DNA of 24,000 nt, taken from Candidatus Woesearchaeota archaeon. GTDB taxonomy: Archaea; Nanobdellota; Nanobdellia; Pacearchaeales; GW2011-AR1. The stretch lies in contig CAZETU010000001.1 of NCBI GenBank assembly GCA_964514585.1, positions 120,901 to 144,900 of the forward strand, given 5' to 3'. The translations under genes were made by a program, and so were the position numbers. The first letter of the stretch is position 1. The number at the start of each line of letters is the position of its first letter. The notes beneath the pieces were generated by a model. It saw nothing but the letters and a program-made list of their open reading frames with translations, searched no databases and was not told the origin of the DNA. This document shows, in pieces, positions 23,532-24,000 of this stretch.

Positions 23532-24000
23532 TTTAATTCTTCCATTGCGATGGAATAATCCTCCTCGTCCAATAATTTACTATGCCATTTCCATGGTTCC
23601 CTTTCCATAAGCGAAACCCCCTTGCCCTTTGTGGTATCAGCAATTATTAACGATGGCTTTCCATTTCTTTGAGATATTTCTCTCGCATTTTCATAAGAGT
23701 TTAATATTTGGGAAATATCGTGACCATCAATACACTGGACATAAAATCCGAATTCGCTCAATATGCTTGGCAAATTTTCTAATGGCATTCTTTCTCCTAT
23801 AAATCCTTCTAGTTGACATTTATTTTTATCAACAATTATAGTCAAATTATCCAATCCCAAATTCACAGAGGACATAAATGCTTCCCAATTTTGTCCCTCT
23901 TGGATTTCTCCATCTCCAAGTAAAACATATACCCTTCTATTTTCTTTCTTTTGTTTAATAGCATATGCAATTCCTGCAGCTAAAGATAGCCCTTGACCCA
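23519..24000 (-). CDS. Transketolase, N-terminal (thiamine-diphosphate-binding) subunit; 5' end beyond the window
   Basis: The frame is open to the window edge. My translation of 24000-23876 gives …GQGLSLAAGIAYAIKQKKENRRVYVLLGDGEIQEGQNWEAF, continuing into the track ORF (MSSVNLGLDNLTIIVDKN…). GDGxxxEG…N is the ThDP-binding motif. Confidence 0.9.
   Translation of the reverse strand, partial: GQGLSLAAGIAYAIKQKKENRRVYVLLGDGEIQEGQNWEAFMSSVNLGLDNLTIIVDKNKCQLEGFIGERMPLENLPSILSEFGFYVQCIDGHDISQILNSYENAREISQRNGKPSLIIADTTKGKGVSLMEREPWKWHSKLLDEEDYSIAMEELKWKN

Overview
AT-rich archaeal chromosomal fragment. Evidence for an archaeal origin: RNA polymerase subunit N/Rpo10, a tRNA-Gly with a canonical-position intron, and A/T-box promoters about 26 nt upstream of RNA genes and of leaderless ATGs. 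The gene content and style suggest a small-genome (DPANN-like) archaeon, but this cannot be proven without a database search.

Layout, left to right:
1. 1-3977, minus strand: a truncated histidine phosphatase gene, then a tightly coupled MacB/FtsX-type ABC exporter operon (ATPase, permease, GNAT, permease).
2. 4123-6170: rpoN, a HAD hydrolase, a small Tat-signal protein, then an RNA-gene cluster on the minus strand (tRNA-Leu(CAA), tRNA-Arg(CCT), 5S rRNA). This stretch is full of unexplained duplications and structured repeats.
3. 6291-10438, minus strand: AAA+/DUF4143 ATPase, a nuclease-like protein, a tyrosine recombinase facing the 3' end of tRNA-Gly(TCC), and a small HNH protein. This is a candidate integrated element.
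4. 10531-13079: secF-secD. It is translationally chained into a surface-glycan gene island (13081-20897): Wzx-like flippase, GT26, GT4, AsnB-type amidotransferase, SAM methyltransferase, GT2 and a KdsC-like phosphatase.
5. 20970-24000: a frameshifted B12-binding radical SAM gene and a split transketolase.

I do not recognise any known defence, CRISPR or toxin system.

The most unusual signals are:
- Both tRNA-Arg and tRNA-Leu are followed by exact copies of their own 3' ends, and their trailers are inverted copies of their T arms.
- A hairpin repeat family shares a C-ACCA-G apex and shows compensatory stem changes.
- A chimeric 5S/rpoN 3'-end fragment looks like a recombination junction.
- The integrase cassette carries an ATPase plus a putative membrane nuclease. 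That gene seems to start at a non-canonical AUU behind a perfect AGGAGG.

All homology calls come from reading motifs by eye, and no database search was possible.
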